Positions 1 through 13,216 are shown, counted from the stretch's first letter. The stretch is 64,000 nt of DNA from Dendrobates tinctorius (GCF_039654945.1 NW_027361810.1:9052001-9116000); one strand, 5' to 3'. Notes: generated by a model from the letters alone, not told the origin. Numbers and translations are program-made.

Positions 1-1210
1 AGGGCAGATGCAGCTTACCCACGGTCCTGTGCCGTGTCCCCCGGGAGGAAAAAACGGTGGACCTGTGGTGTAACCCAGTATCTGGCTGTCCAAAGCAGGC
101 ACAGCGCTCTTGAAAGGGTTAGGCCTGTTTCACGCATCCGTATTTTACCATCAGTCAAAATCCACCGCTTTGCAAAAAAACAAACAAAAAAAAAAACGGA
201 TCCACCATTTTGCTTGGCGGATCCGTTTTTTTCCCCATTGAGTTGCATTACCGGCTGGGGCTGTGCTGAATTTCCATCCTTATGTTACGGTTTGTGCCAG
301 TTTGTGTTAGTCCCTTATTAGATTGGTCTCTTTTTGCTCTGCTTTCAGAATATAGCAGAGTGCTGATATAGTGGGCGAAGTCTAGTGACTTCAGTATTTT
401 TTCTATCAGACTTGTTGGGCATTTTTTGCAGGGTTTTTTGCGTGATTACAAAGTCTTTCCTTTCCTGTCCAGTTAGTGTGGGCCCCATCATTTGCTCAGT
501 CTATTTTCCTGCCTGCGTTTGTGTTTTCATCGTGTCTCACCGACAATATATGTTTGGGGGCTATCTATTCCTTTGGGGTCTGCTCTGGGGCAGTTTATAT
601 TTCCCCTTTCTTGCTGTAGGCTTATTTAGTTCTCCGGCTGTGCCGAGGTGTCTAGGATCATCGTAGGTACGCTCCACGGCTACTGCTAGTTGTGTGGATA
701 TGATCAAGGGTCTGCAATCCGCTTAGTTACCAACCTCTCTGGTTTTCTGTGGCTTAGCTTGGTCTTGCTTTCCTCCTCGGTGACCCAATCATAACACCAT
801 GGGTATCTGTGTGCCCCAATGAGGCGTAGGAGAAAGAGCTGATTTTTTTTTCCTAAGTTGTAAATCTCAGTGTTTGGTCCACAGAAGCTATCATGGTTTC
901 CTGTGTCGCCACCCCCCCAGTGAAAGGTTTGAGAAAGGAGGATTTTTCGACTTGCCCTAAAATCCTACTACCTCCCAATTCTACCCTAGTGCATTAGTGA
1001 GAGATATTGACCCCTCCACTTCTCCAGAGAAGTTTTAATTTGTAGTATATATGGTGCATCCTGTAGTAAGGTGTGTCTCATAGTCCGAAAAATACGGCAA
1101 TTAAACTTTTTCTAAAAAAAAAACCAAACAATAAAAAACACTTTGCAGAATCAACTTTTCACACATATGGAAAAAAAGGTCAGCAAAAATCTGCTGCATG
1201 TGACAGCGCA

Positions 1211-1477
1211 AGAGATGGAGAATAGATTCCTTGGAATTTGGTCAATCGGCCAAGTTCAATAATCTGTGACCACTAGACGGGAATCTTCCTTACCGCCCAA
1301 CATTCCAGGCTCCTTTTTATTAGCTGGGCTGGCGCATCATCATCATAGTAGGAAACACACACTTCGCCAGCCTAGCTAATCAGAGGATCCAGGAATGCCG
1401 GGGGTTCTCCAAGTCCAGTTGTCACAGATTACTGACTTTAGCCAATGAATCAGAGTCCTGGGTATTCTCCCATCTCT
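1211..1477. mobile_element. Degenerate palindromic MITE-like element
   Basis: Inverted arms agagatggagaata / attctcccatctct, aatctgtgac / gtcacagatt, attagctgggctggcg / cgccagcctagctaat. Confidence 0.55.
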
Positions 1478-1579
1478 AGAAAGTACTTTAAGAGGAATAA
1501 AAAAAAAAATCAAACAAAAAAACGAAAAAAAAAAAACTTCAAAATGATGAAATATACTTTATTAGAAAGTAAGAAATAC

Positions 1580-1664
1580 CTCTCTGGACATGAATTTCCT
1601 GCAGAATAATCCTTTGAGGTCAACCGGCTGCTGTAAAAGGATGAAGACTGCAGCGATATTAAAC
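1580..1664 (-). CDS. USP37: USP37 coding exon 7 (GLISLQSSSFYSSRLTSKDYSAGNSCPER); gene continues left of window
   Basis: AG/GT boundaries, phase 1 in and phase 2 out; resembles the USP37 linker region. Confidence 0.85.
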
Positions 1665-1927
1665 CTTTAGGAAAAGAAAAAAATAAAATTACATTAAGAA
1701 TCAACATCCAGAGAGATCATTACACTCGTCAATTTATTATCAAGAGTGAAAACTTTCTGCACTGAACTTTAGTAAAGACCAACGTCAAAAACGAAGCAAT
1801 GTTGCATTAAGTGTTGAGTAACGTTTTCCTAGTTTACTTACTGCAAGCCTATGCATCTCTAAGGTAGCACACAGCAAACAATGTAGTTGCACTAATGAAG
1901 AAAAAAAAAAGAAATGAAGACATTCAC

Positions 1928-2022
1928 CTGGCCGATTTTCTTCTGCTTGCTTCACATTTAGCTGTTTCTCACGGCTGCTGTTGAGAAATTTGCGGCTGGG
2001 ATCATTTAATGTTTTGTTGGTG
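1928..2022 (-). CDS. USP37: USP37 coding exon 6 (TNKTLNDPSRKFLNSSREKQLNVKQAEENRP)
   Basis: tgcag| acceptor, |gtgaat donor; matches the USP37 DPSRK..SSREKQL motif. Confidence 0.9.
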
Positions 2023-3267
2023 CTGCAAGAGAGACAGATACAAAAATGCAATACGTACATTAGCGGATTAAAGTCTAAATATAGAGGGGGAAAAAAGATA
2101 AAGAAGGGCAAGCTTGCAAACTTTATGAGGACAGATGACCGTGCAAACAACCTCTGAGATACTTTTTTGTGGTGTGTAGAATTTGTGCAGTGGCATCAGC
2201 CGAGCTGAAGGAGAATGGAGCTGTTCACGAATGTCCAAAAAAGATGGTGAAAAGCCAAAATGTCCATGATAGAACCCATCCGCACATGACATTACATTGA
2301 CTTTTTGGGCGAGTCCGCTACCAGCCTGTTCTGACTATTTTACTCTCAAGGGCTACCAGTATTTGTGGTTTATCTTTGCCCTTACTGTAATGGGTCTGAT
2401 ATGGATAGTTCACCATCCATTTATCACTTTCTTAAATGCAAGTAAAGTTTAAAAGGGCCTTTCTCATCCTGCAAACTGTTGAAAACTTATGGTGACATTG
2501 CAGGTGGTACAAAGGATATTTTGAAGATAATATAGCAAAAACAAATGTGGTGCCTACTTCTTTTCGTACATTACCCTTCAAAGCTCAGACAGCAAGGTGG
2601 CAAAAAAAAAAAAAAAAAAAAAAAAAAGGTGGTTAAATTATACTTACCACATAATTGTGGATAACTGGTAGTCCGCTCACTCAGGTCTGAAAACCAGCAC
2701 AAGATGACAGACACCTTGGCAGAACCAAACAGAGCTAATAGGCTACTGGAATCTATCAGGTAACGCTGGTGTCCTTTACACAAGAGAGCAGTCACAGCGT
2801 TGTGACTTCTGAGAGCAGATCCTTAGTCTAACGATTGCAAATTATTATTGTTTTTTTAAGGGTAGTATACATGTCCATCCATGACCCAGGCCTGAGCTCC
2901 CTTATCTGGTGTGCACAATATATGTAATGCTGAAGAGATGCACATGTCCGTGCAGCCATATTAACAAAATCACAAATGTTGTCTATAGAGGAAAGTTAAG
3001 CATCCAGTCCATTTGATTTATGCATATCTGACAATGCCAAATAGACAGTGACCTCACAATAATGGATGACAGCTGGGAATGTCCTGCAATCAATGGAGCT
3101 TGGCAAATGGAACTGACACTTTCCAGCAACATTGTTAGTCGCAATTACACAAATTATATATATAAAAAAAAATAAATAAAAAGCCAATGAATTAGAAGAA
3201 ACAGGCAAACAAATCAAAGCCTAAACGTCCAACAGCCTGGTAACCCAAGTGTGCAACCACAACATAC

Positions 3268-3339
3268 GTAGAAGAATCATTCTCTTTAGGGTAATCTTCA
3301 ATTTCTGGACTTGACAGTAATCGCTTCCTTTTTTCACTC
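3268..3339 (-). CDS. USP37: USP37 coding exon 5 (SEKRKRLLSSPEIEDYPKENDSS)
   Basis: cacag| and |gtatgt; EKRKR basic patch and EDYPKENDSS as in USP37. Confidence 0.9.
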
Positions 3340-3552
3340 CTGTGAGTTTGAAAAATAGTTTAAGTTGACTCGGGATAAACCCAAGTCACCTAACTGCAGC
3401 GATTCCCTCCACCCACACACAAAAAAAATAAAATAAAAAGGTGGATACCATATCACTCATGCAAAATAATTTGCTTTAGATTCAGTAAGAGATACTAACG
3501 ATGTAACATAACATCCCATGTCAGAACCATACAGGACTGGCTCAGTAAGTAC

Positions 3553-3719
3553 CTGGTTTCCATTAAGCCTGTCCTGTGTGGAGTCGAGGTCATGGGCGTA
3601 TTTCGGCTCGGAGTTATGCTCTTTGGTGAGGTTTTTCCTGGGATTCTTCCATTACTGTTGTGCGGCTTTTTTACTGGAGTTTCATCTTTGCCATCAAAGC
3701 TCACTCTCTTGGTTGGAGT
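3553..3719 (-). CDS. USP37: USP37 coding exon 4 (TPTKRVSFDGKDETP...TGLMETR)
   Basis: AG/GT bounded, phases fit the neighbouring exons; part of ORF 3495-3764. Confidence 0.85.
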
Positions 3720-4165
3720 CTTAAAAATGTAACAGTATGAGATTAAGATATGATAACATTTCATTCAACTATTTTTCTATTTTACTTTGGGCACAACACA
3801 CAGATGACAAAAACGGTGATGTTTCCGATACGGACTGACTCAATGGATTGTAGCCCTTTTAATATAGCCGGGATTAAATTTGCATCAAATGTATTTCTAT
3901 CTGCAGAGTCACCACAAATTTTCGCCATAATAAACTGACATTTTTTCTGCTATATGTGAACATGAATCAACATTTGAAGTATTAAAAAAAAAAAACAGTT
4001 TAAGTGCTGTTTGTCCCAGCAAAGATACAGCAGCTCTCTGCTTTTCAAGTTGCTTAAAAAAAATATAACTTGGCACATCAGGGTCAATCCACCCACATTC
4101 AGACAATCTTGTAGTCCTACTACAGATGCAAAAATACACCAGTATTACTCGTGTGAATCTTTTAC

Positions 4166-4263
4166 CTGGCTTCTGTTGTTAGTCAGTGATCTGATGCTCT
4201 CTCTGTGAATACTTCTGTTAACCAGGATGCCCCCGAAGCTTGCAGACCCTTGTGTGGGTTTCA
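4166..4263 (-). CDS. USP37: USP37 coding exon 3 (VKPTQGSASFGGIL...RSQ)
   Basis: atcag| and |gtaaaa; resembles USP37 KPSQGSGSFGAIL. Confidence 0.9.
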
Positions 4264-4449
4264 CTGATAAAACATTGGATTAAAGCAATGGTCAGGGAAG
4301 AGCCAATTGTACCAAAAATCATTAAAGTCTGCCCTAGCAGAAAGTTCTATGGAGCTTCTGTCAGAATAAAACTAGCACTGGCATGCAAATAAAAAAAGCT
4401 GTAGACCTTACGTATCATTCTTAACCTGCAGACTCCATGGGGTTCTCAC

Positions 4450-4621
4450 CAGTTTGTGGCTTTTCATGGTTGATGAACTCCAAGAGATGCTTCAGCTGCT
4501 CGGCCTCTTTGCTTGGGACTTTGTCAATAGTGAGAGAACTGGAATCTTTCATAGTAAGCAGAAGTCGTGACTGTTTTCCCCCCACTGGCCGCAGGACAAT
4601 ATTTTTGATGTTTTGATTAAG
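4450..4621 (-). CDS. USP37: USP37 coding exon 2, PH-like domain (LNQNIKNIVLRP...IDKVPSKEAEQL)
   Basis: ctgcag| and |gtgaga; matches the USP37 N-terminal PH-like domain. Confidence 0.92.
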
Positions 4622-5090
4622 CTGCAGATGAGAAATAAAGGTATCAAAGCTTTATTTCCTCAGCACATATAACATTGGGAGTTCTAGTTAATTTAGTGAC
4701 AAAATGTATAAGTGGTGAAGAAAGGTTGAACTTGATGGATGGTGGTTTTTTTTTCCCCTCAACTTATGTAACTATGTAAACGCAGTCAGCTCACCACACA
4801 AAAAACAAGCCTTCATACGTCTATATGCATAGAAAAAAAAAAAAAAAGAAGTTGTGGTTCTTGGAAGAAGGGAAAAAAAATTACCCACTTCATGGGGAAA
4901 AAAAAATGCCAGGACCTGCGCACAAAGTACAAAAAAATGTGTTTCAAATACCAAATTTTGTATCTTTTTGTTTTAACCAATTACCAGGCATGCAGGTGAT
5001 GATTAGATGATTAAGAGGAAAAAAAATATATACATACAGAAGAATTAAAGGATCTGCTTGCTGTCAGTGAATAGGTACCATAAGACGAAC

Positions 5091-5249
5091 CTGAAATTTG
5101 GATGGCACCCCACCGGCATTGAAATTTATGACAAGGGTGAACTTGTTGTCCTTTTCGATGACCTCACATTTGCCTTCCTTCCATTTTGATGTTCCCATAT
5201 TCAGGCAGTGTATGCGGATTGAGCCGTGCAAAGACAGTGCAGCAGCCAT
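5091..5249 (-). CDS. USP37: USP37 first coding exon (MAAALSLHGSIRI...KWKEG...PSKFQ), ubiquitin-specific protease 37
   Basis: ATG at 5247-5249 just inside an AG acceptor; HGxIRI..GxxKWKEG motif; head-to-head with CNOT9 as in other vertebrates. Confidence 0.92.
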
Positions 5250-5422
5250 TTCTGATTAATGTAGGTGTCCCCTCCAGAAAAAAAATGATGATTAAAAAAA
5301 AAAAAAATACGGCCTGATGGGAAAAGTCGAAAAGTAAGATGATTAAAGGAAACAGAGCAGAGAAAAAAAAATACAAGCTGATAATAAAATATATATCTGG
5401 GTAAAAAAAATCTGATTTTACT

Positions 5423-5889
5423 TTAAAGAGATTGTCCACTACTAGGATAACCCCTTCTTAAACTAAATGTTCGCCCCCTATAGAATAATAACCTATTCTC
5501 ACCTCCCGTGCCGGCGACGCTCCCACGGTGTTGGCACTCGCTCTACCCGGGGCTGTGATGCGGTGTTGTGACACATGACACCAGCACCCAATCAGTGATG
5601 AAATCACTGTCTCTGCCTTTGGACAAACTGTACATGAAGAGAAGTCCGACTGCAGCTGATCCCCGACTTCCTCTTCATGTTCAGTTTGACGAAAGGCGGA
5701 GAACATCAACGCTAGTGTTGACTGGGCACCAGGCATCACTTGTCATTCCACCACATCAAAGCCCCAGGACCCAGAGTGCTGACACCGCTGGAACGACGCC
5801 AGCACGGGAGAAGAGTATAGGCTTTATTATTTTATCAGGGTCAATCTAGTTGACGAATGGGATGCCCTAGTAGTGGAAAACCCCTTTAA
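5423..5889. mobile_element. TTAA-flanked palindromic MITE (T2/Kolobok-like)
   Basis: ttaaagagattgtccactactagg ... cctagtagtggaaaacccctttaa with long inverted arms. Confidence 0.75.
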
Positions 5890-7701
5890 AAGGGGATGTG
5901 AAGACACCAAAATAATAGTTAAAAAAAAAATAAATAAAGGCATTGATGGTTTTAAAACAACACAAGGAGGAAGACTCTAGTTCCAGCAGCAATGCAAATA
6001 CTTAACAGGCCGCTCTGGAGGTCTGCTCCGATAGACCATCACAAGACCACTGCAGCAGGCAAGTGACTAGGTTGCGTCTCTGATGACGAGTTCTCTCTCC
6101 TAGCTAATGCAGCCAATCGCTGGTTGCAGAGATCCTGTGATTTGCAGACATTATCTCTGAATATCTGACTAAAGGCAGTAAATGACATGGCAGGTCAGAT
6201 GCTGTATTCCTGTACTGACGGCGGGTCTGGACCTGCCAATTAATGATGGAAGCTGTGACTGACTAACCCAGGCCTGCAAAACATGAGGCCTTTGGAGATT
6301 TTCCTATATTCAAATGTATTCAAGCCTTATAGATGCAAACAATTAAACGCCAGGTCAGGTACAGAGCAGCAATCATCAGCTCCCCGCACTGACGTGCAGA
6401 GGTCATCACATTGCTGCTGTAAACACCGTGCAGCAGAGGGAGCGGGAACTTCAATGGCAAGCACTACATGGAAGAGACGAAGATTAAATGTCTTGGCTAT
6501 TGTTGTAGGTGGGGTTAGGGTTGTTACTCTGAAGGCACATCACTGTAAAATTGGAAGAAAACTGTGAAAGGAGGCAGTATACCCCATGGGAGCGCACCGT
6601 ATGGAAAGGTAGCAACATGGGGAGACACTGAAGATAGGGACGGCAGGAAGGAGGACAGCTTGTAAGGATCAGTATAACGATACTTTTACTTTAAAGGGCA
6701 GTATGTCAGGAAGCGTGACAAAAGACTGGAGAAGGGGGAAGTCTGCAGAGACAGCTGTGCGTGTGAAATCCCATCATGACGTCTTTACTACTCTTGAGAC
6801 AAAAGGGATGAGAACAACTTCAGACAAGATATAACCTATACCTGGATGTAAATGTTTCTGTGATCCCACCTGTGTAGCCAGTAAAGTGGACCTGTATGAC
6901 CCGCAGCCTGATAACAGAAACTACCAGTATGTCTTTCCCCTAGAACAAAGTTCACTGTAATCAATAGATCTTGGAATAATAACATCCACAATTGGATGTG
7001 ATTCCTGCGATAATCTCAGATGTCCCCTGCTGTGTGCTGTGTAATGGTCGGGTCTAATGTGCAGGGTCATGGTGTGATCGTACCACAGCTCCCGGGAGGG
7101 GGGGGGGGGGGCGGACACGGACATCACAGCCGGGGATCGCATCTGCTGGTTTCTGTAAGGAAAATACATTTCCTCACATTATTTATTTTTTACCTCACAG
7201 AAAGAATCGTGACCCCGGGTCTGAGCAGACACTTGTCACCTTCGGGCACGATCACACGCTGCACATTTACTGCATGAAATACTCGGCGTTTTACAGACGC
7301 AGCACATCGAGCTCATTCACACGCTGCTGCGTTGCCTGCGCGGTCTCTCAGCCCTTCTGCATCTGTCTGGTCAGAGGCCGCCCGTCCAGGCAGAGGGTTT
7401 TGCACTTCCTAGTAAATACACATGTAGGCTCCAATTCCACAGTGTGAACAGAGCCCCGCTGCGGTTTTCGTGCGGTGTTTCACTACATTAAGGGTAAAAT
7501 GAACGGCGTCATTGAAAACCACAACTCGGCCTCCACAGACGGCTGCGGGGCCGGGAAAGAGCAAGAATGCTCCACAGCCTGAAGGGGACAACCCGCAGGC
7601 CTGCTGCGACCTGTAGTGCCCCCAGTAACACGGGAGGGGATGGGGACAGGACACCGCGGACAAGGCCTCCGCCCCATAGACGCCCTCCGCCGGCCACTCA
7701 C

Positions 7702-7830
7702 CGACCGCGGGCTCCCTCCGCCCGGACACTTCTGCTCCTCGCACAGACTACACACACACGATTTGGCGGGAACCTCCTAGCGCAGAGCCCAGCAACAGGA
7801 ACGAGGCGACGCAATCTGCGTGTGACGTCA
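7702..7830 (-). other. USP37: Putative non-coding first exon of USP37 (5' end approximate)
   Basis: Strong minus-strand donor CG|GTGAGT at 7701, inside the CpG-rich promoter region. Confidence 0.55.
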
Positions 7831-8220
7831 CCGCGCCGCTCACGCTGATGACGTATATACAGGATTTCCTCCCTCTGCGCTGTCCTGACCACAGGCGCTT
7901 TATGATGACGTCACATCCGGTTGCCGTGGCAGTTGGTCACGTGCGCGTGTTACGTTAAAGGAGGGCGGGGTTCCGGGTTGTTGTGGAGGGGACGGAGCGG
8001 GAGAAGACGGCGGAGAGCCTGAAGGCGGCTCCCAGACATGCACAGCCTGGCCACGGCGGCGGTGAGTGCGGGAGGGGGAGAAGGGCCGGGGGGAGCCGTC
8101 AAGACTGCCACTCTCACCTGCAGGCAGTCAGGGCATGCTGGGAGTTGTAGTGATCGCACAGGCGGTACTGCTATATACTGGTCTCCTGTGTTGCCAGGCA
8201 ACCGTAAAAATGGCGGATAC
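7800..8220. promoter_or_regulatory. Bidirectional CpG-rich promoter shared by USP37 and CNOT9
   Basis: Two full CRE palindromes TGACGTCA (7823, 7906), ETS site ACATCCGG (7913), E-box GTCACGTG (~7936), GC box (~7963), ZNF143 motif GCATGCTGGGAGTTGTAGT (8133), YY1-like AAAATGGCGG (~8207). Confidence 0.8.
8038..8061 (+). CDS. CNOT9: CNOT9 (RQCD1/CAF40) exon 1, MHSLATAA
   Basis: ATG plus GTGAGT donor; typical vertebrate CNOT9 N-terminus. Confidence 0.95.
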
Positions 8221-9708
8221 TGGCTAAAGAATTCCAAGCGATGGCGGTTCAGCCTCCGTCAGCGACAATCTCGTCTGAACCGGCCGAGACGCGCAGGGAA
8301 GAAGTGAAAAGGGCAAAGATTACTGTAATAAGTCATATTTTACTTTTTTTCTTAAACTGGGAAATGTGGAGTTCTTTTTCTGATGGCGGAAACAAAAGTG
8401 ACATCCGGATTAACCCTTAAGAGGCTGGGGTGTAATGACTCCTCACGGCCAGGAGGGGGCGACACTCGGGGACCGGACTGTGAGAGGTCGTCACGTTATG
8501 TCCAAGCCAAAATCTAGAAGATCGTCCATCATTGGCATCAGATTATTAGACAATCCCTCTACAGGGGCGATTCTACTACAGCGGAGCTCGTACTAGCAGA
8601 GCTGAGTTGTGTTTGTTACCGGCTGCCGATTAATCACTGATGTGAAGCTGTAAATGTATCGAAGCATATGGCAAGTGATTATCTTCTGCCATATGTATCG
8701 ATACTAGAGCAGCGTTTGCTGTATCAAATCATTGATCTGTCACTAGTCCATAACAAAAAACACAGCTCAGCTCTGCTTAGTGATTACAAGCTTGTTCTGG
8801 AGGAGTGCAGGAGCACTGAGGGAAGCCAGCTGATAGTGTAGGTGCAGTGTGGTTGTACACCGACTGAAGATGGAATCGGCCAGACAGGAGCAGAGAGCGC
8901 GCAGGCGCATTAGTTTTGCATTTAGATCAATTAGATGATAACTAAGAAAGGTGAGGCTTCTCAGGAGCACCAGCGAGCGTGTTCTGCAGCACCGTGGAGA
9001 ACCTGGTGCTGCAGGGAAAGCAAGTAGGAGCACATAAGAATAGGATCGCACATTCAGCTATGTGTTGCTGGATCCATCCAGGGGCCGAAAAATGATAAAG
9101 ACTCAAAGGGGTACAAGAGAAAATCTTTATAATTGGATTAGTCTTCATATGAACAGTTTTTATGTAAATAGAACAAGTAATTCGGCTCATTACTCCTGTG
9201 TTAGAGACAAGTATCCCAGGAGACTTCAGGTATTTCTGCCTGAAACATGTAACCAGTATCAAGTATGTTCACATTTTGCCAATATTTTTTTTTTTTATCC
9301 TATACGATTAAAGGCTACGTTTTAACTACTTTCTGTGATGCTGAGTCACTACTGATGGACAGGCTGTGAGACAGGATAGTCAAAAGGTCCGGGGTCAGAT
9401 ACCAATAGAGCTCGTCATAAACAGGAGTAAGACAAAGGTGCGGTCAGGTCACAGTCCGGGGTCACAATTCTGGGAAGGTAGCGGATCAAGACAAAGGGGC
9501 TAGACAAACAGATGGTCAAAGGCAAATCCAAGGTCGGGCAGCAAAATATCAGAAACGGAGCACTGGAAAACAAGGAACACACTCAGACCACCGAGCTGAA
9601 GCTACAACTCGCAATAGTCAGACTCTGACAGTCAGGTAACTGCCTACAATGGGAGACACCTGGAAGAAATCCAGCAAGCTTCAGCCCTGATTGGCAGCTG
9701 GACTGTCA

Positions 9709-10062
9709 GGCTGTGTGCACACGCTGCGGATTAGGTGCGGATTCAGTAAAATCCGCAGGTCAAAATACCTGCGGTTTTACCTGCGGATTGCTCAGCGGTT
9801 TTGCCCTGCGGTTTTTCATCTCCTCAATGGAGGAGATGGCAAACCGCAGGGGAATCCGCAGAAAGATTTGACATGTCAATTCTTTCTGCGGATTGAAAAC
9901 CGCAGATAATCCGCGCTGGAAAATTCCGCACCGTCTGTATTGCGGTTTTTGATTCCCACAGGGAATCATTGTACTGTACGCCGCAGCAAAAACTGCTGCG
10001 GATCCGCAGCGGCCAAAACCGCTGCGGAACCGCAGCAAAATCCGCAGCGTGTGCACACAGCC
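9709..10062. mobile_element. PIF/Harbinger-type MITE, family A copy 1
   Basis: TIR GGCTGTGTGCACACGCTGCGG; flanks TCA/TTA; nearly identical to 22061-22440. Confidence 0.85.
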
Positions 10063-10591
10063 TTACTCACAATACTGAAAGCACAGGTTGAACCTGATTC
10101 GATAGGGTGGCTGAACTGTTACTGTATCCAGGACGCAGTGAGTATTGGAATAGTGACACTTTCCCTTGGTGCTGGCTAACTTCCCCTTTTGGACCAGTGT
10201 TTACTGTGCTTTGTGGAAAACAATGTGATTCTGGGAGTAACCCTTAAAGTGGATATATCCAGGACCAGGGCTGTGGAGTTAGTAAGCCAAACTTCTGACT
10301 CCTCAATTTCCCTGACTCCACAGCACTGGTCGCTAAAGAGCTTGTACAAAAAGTGCAGCACAGATTCATCTCAACTAAAACCCAAGATCCTAGGATCAAG
10401 AATAGAACAGATATTTATAGGACATTTCATAACTTTCCCAAATTATTCTGAAAAAAATTACAGCACATCCTGCATTGTACTACTGCACCCAATATATAAT
10501 ATATTTTAGCAGTCGGTCTATTTTATACCAGCTCCACAAAATTGAACACTGACTCCATGACTTTGACTCCGCATCCCTGTCCAGAACTTGG

Positions 10592-10930
10592 TTAAAAAAA
10601 AAAGTTCCTAAATGCTAACAGGCAAGTAGTTGCTCCTGACCTGACTGTTGTGCGTGGCGCCGTTCTTCCCTGGCACAATGTGGTCACAGACCGGCAGCTG
10701 CCTCTGCTGACGCCATTCTGAATGACAGCCAGATCCCTGCTGCCTAATTGGTGGAGCCGGCTGTCAATCAGAATAATGTTGGTGGTCATATAGCGTCGAC
10801 AGAGCAGGATGGAAAAGAAGCCGCCGCTCTGTAGAAATATCTTTTGTGACTGCTCTGTGCCGAGGAAGAATGGCGCCGGTCACAATAGGTAGGTAGTTGG
10901 CAACCTGCCTGTTTGTGTTTAGGCACTTAA
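10592..10930. mobile_element. Degenerate TTAA-bounded palindromic MITE
   Basis: ttaa..cctaaatgctaacaggc ... gcctgtttgtgtttaggcacttaa inverted arms. Confidence 0.5.
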
Positions 10931-11235
10931 TACATTTTTTTTTTTTTTTTTTTTTTTACGAAGTCAAAGATATCCCCTTTAATGCTGCAGAATACACTTT
11001 TTTTCATTCTGGATGTGATTTGTTTCAGTTCAGGTATAGAATCTTTGAAGTAAGGATGCGGCAGTGGACACCTGAACGAGTCTGGCCATACACCTAAGAC
11101 TGATAAATGCTGTGCATGCATGCTCAGCTCAGTGAGCATATCGTAGTGGAGGCTCATCTCTTGGCAGGACAAAACTTGTGTACTCCTCAGAATGTGGAAT
11201 AACCTTGTGTTTCTGTTTGTCCTCTCCTCCTGTAG

Positions 11236-11415
11236 CCTGTTCCGGCAGCACTAGCACAAGTCGACAGAGAGAAGATATATCAGTGGATCAATGAGTTATC
11301 GAGCCCGGAAACACGTGAGAACGCTCTGCTGGAGCTGAGCAAGAAGCGCGAGTCTGTCCCAGATCTCGCCCCAATGCTGTGGCATTCATTCGGCACTATT
11401 GCAGCACTGTTACAG
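11236..11415 (+). CDS. CNOT9: CNOT9 exon 2
   Basis: [60 protein letters not shown]; 180 nt, AG/GT. Confidence 0.97.
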
Positions 11416-11514
11416 GTTCGCCTGTTTTTTGTTTTTTTTTCGTAAATGTGCATTCATTTATTATTTGTGCAATGACCATGAAATATTCCTCTAATTCTCT
11501 TCTACTTCTCCCAG

Positions 11515-11630
11515 GAAATTGTAAATATCTACCCATCCATCAATCCTCCGACCTTGACAGCGCATCAGTCTAACAGAGTGTGTAATGCGCTGGCCCTGCT
11601 GCAATGTGTGGCTTCTCACCCGGAGACCAG
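11515..11630 (+). CDS. CNOT9: CNOT9 exon 3
   Basis: [38 protein letters not shown]; AG/GT. Confidence 0.97.
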
Positions 11631-12420
11631 GTAACCGAGGCGGAAAGTGACAGCTATCACAGACTAGGGCATTAGGCACACAGCAGGGTTACAGGGAGTC
11701 TCAGAGACCTTTAGAACTTTTTATATATGAAACCGCAAATATTATTCACCTGTTGAATCTCCTGTCACTCCAGCATTGATGCTCCTGTGTTTCCCTTCGC
11801 TTCTTATTTTCCTTGCGTGCTGACGTGTTGTATACTGTTGAACGTGGCAGCATCACTGTGGAGATCAGTGATTGACTGCAGCAGTATTCACCTGCATGTA
11901 ATGCACATCATCACTCAATGAAGGTAAGTGGTACCGACCACCGGACCACCAGGGAATTTACCAGCTGGCTGTTGTATTTTATTTTATAACCTATTCTCTA
12001 GTCCATTTAATTTCAGACAACCCATTAAGACTGTGTTTTGCAATAGATGGCACTCACAGGTCCCCATGACTATGTTAGTGGCCACAGAGGATTTGCTACA
12101 GTCTCCTGAACGTTGCCCTGCCATGTATATGGTGCCTGCAGCTCAAAAATACTAATATTAATGTACCCATAGACTTATATTGAGCAGGCGTGTGTTCTGC
12201 TATCGCTTAATTTATTGGAAAAATGCCTTTAGGGTGGAAGTTGTGTTCACTTTGCAATCAGACGCTCCCAAAGGAAATGCCTATATGGAACTGAAGTTAT
12301 ACTACAAGTCAAGTGATGTCTTACGGTTTCCATAGTATGGTCATACATGGCAGAGCAGCCGGTTACATGATGCCGTTCATCTTATTAATATCAGATTTTT
12401 TTTTTCTCTCGCTGATCCAG

Positions 12421-12530
12421 GTCTGCTTTTCTTGCTGCACACATCCCTTTGTTTCTCTATCCCTTCCTTCACACCGTCAGCAAAACGCGGCCTTTTGAAT
12501 ATCTCCGTCTGACCAGCCTAGGAGTCATTG
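12421..12530 (+). CDS. CNOT9: CNOT9 exon 4
   Basis: [36 protein letters not shown]; AG/GT. Confidence 0.97.
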
Positions 12531-12850
12531 GTAAGACATAGCGTTCCTACAGAGTTTTATTTTATCTTGTCTTAAGCAGCATGTTTCTAGACGGGATAAC
12601 TTGTTTTCTCCCTTTTTAAGTGTGATCTGGGGGCAGCACTTATACATCCTGATTTTGTTTTATTACAACAACATTTATAGCCATCAGCAGGCACAGTATA
12701 CAGACCATCCCGCAATCTATCTGATCATTCTGTAGCGCCATAAAGAGGTGTATTGATGGTCCCTAATTTTGTATCTATAAGAAATCCCTGGCATAATGCT
12801 TAATCACCAGAGCACACACCGTTCTTAGTAACTCAGTTGTTTCCTTCCAG

Positions 12851-12960
12851 GCGCTCTGGTGAAGACGGATGAACAAGAAGTCATCAACTTCCTACTCACA
12901 ACAGAAATCATACCCCTGTGTCTGCGGATTATGGAGTCTGGAAGTGAACTCTCCAAAACG
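12851..12960 (+). CDS. CNOT9: CNOT9 exon 5
   Basis: [36 protein letters not shown]; AG/GT. Confidence 0.97.
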
Positions 12961-13117
12961 GTACAGCGGCCTTTCCCCTCCTTTCATGGCGGCAGCTTTT
13001 ATTGATCCTCGCTCTCTAGGGTCTCCTCCAGTCTGGAGCAGGCAGCAGCCATCTCTGCTCGCGCACACACAGCCTAGAGCAGATCATTTCTCTATAATAA
13101 GTTTTTCTTTCTTTAAG

Positions 13118-13216
13118 GTCGCCACGTTCATTCTCCAGAAGATCCTGCTGGACGACACAGGCCTGGCATACATCTGTCAGACATACGAGCGCTTTTCTCA
13201 CGTCGCGATGATTTTG
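13118..13216 (+). CDS. CNOT9: CNOT9 exon 6
   Basis: [33 protein letters not shown]; AG/GT. Confidence 0.97.

Noticed and set aside
283-796. Possible solo LTR (TG..CA), and a similar-looking stretch at 9333-9708
   Set aside because: No TSD or second copy in the window to support the boundaries.
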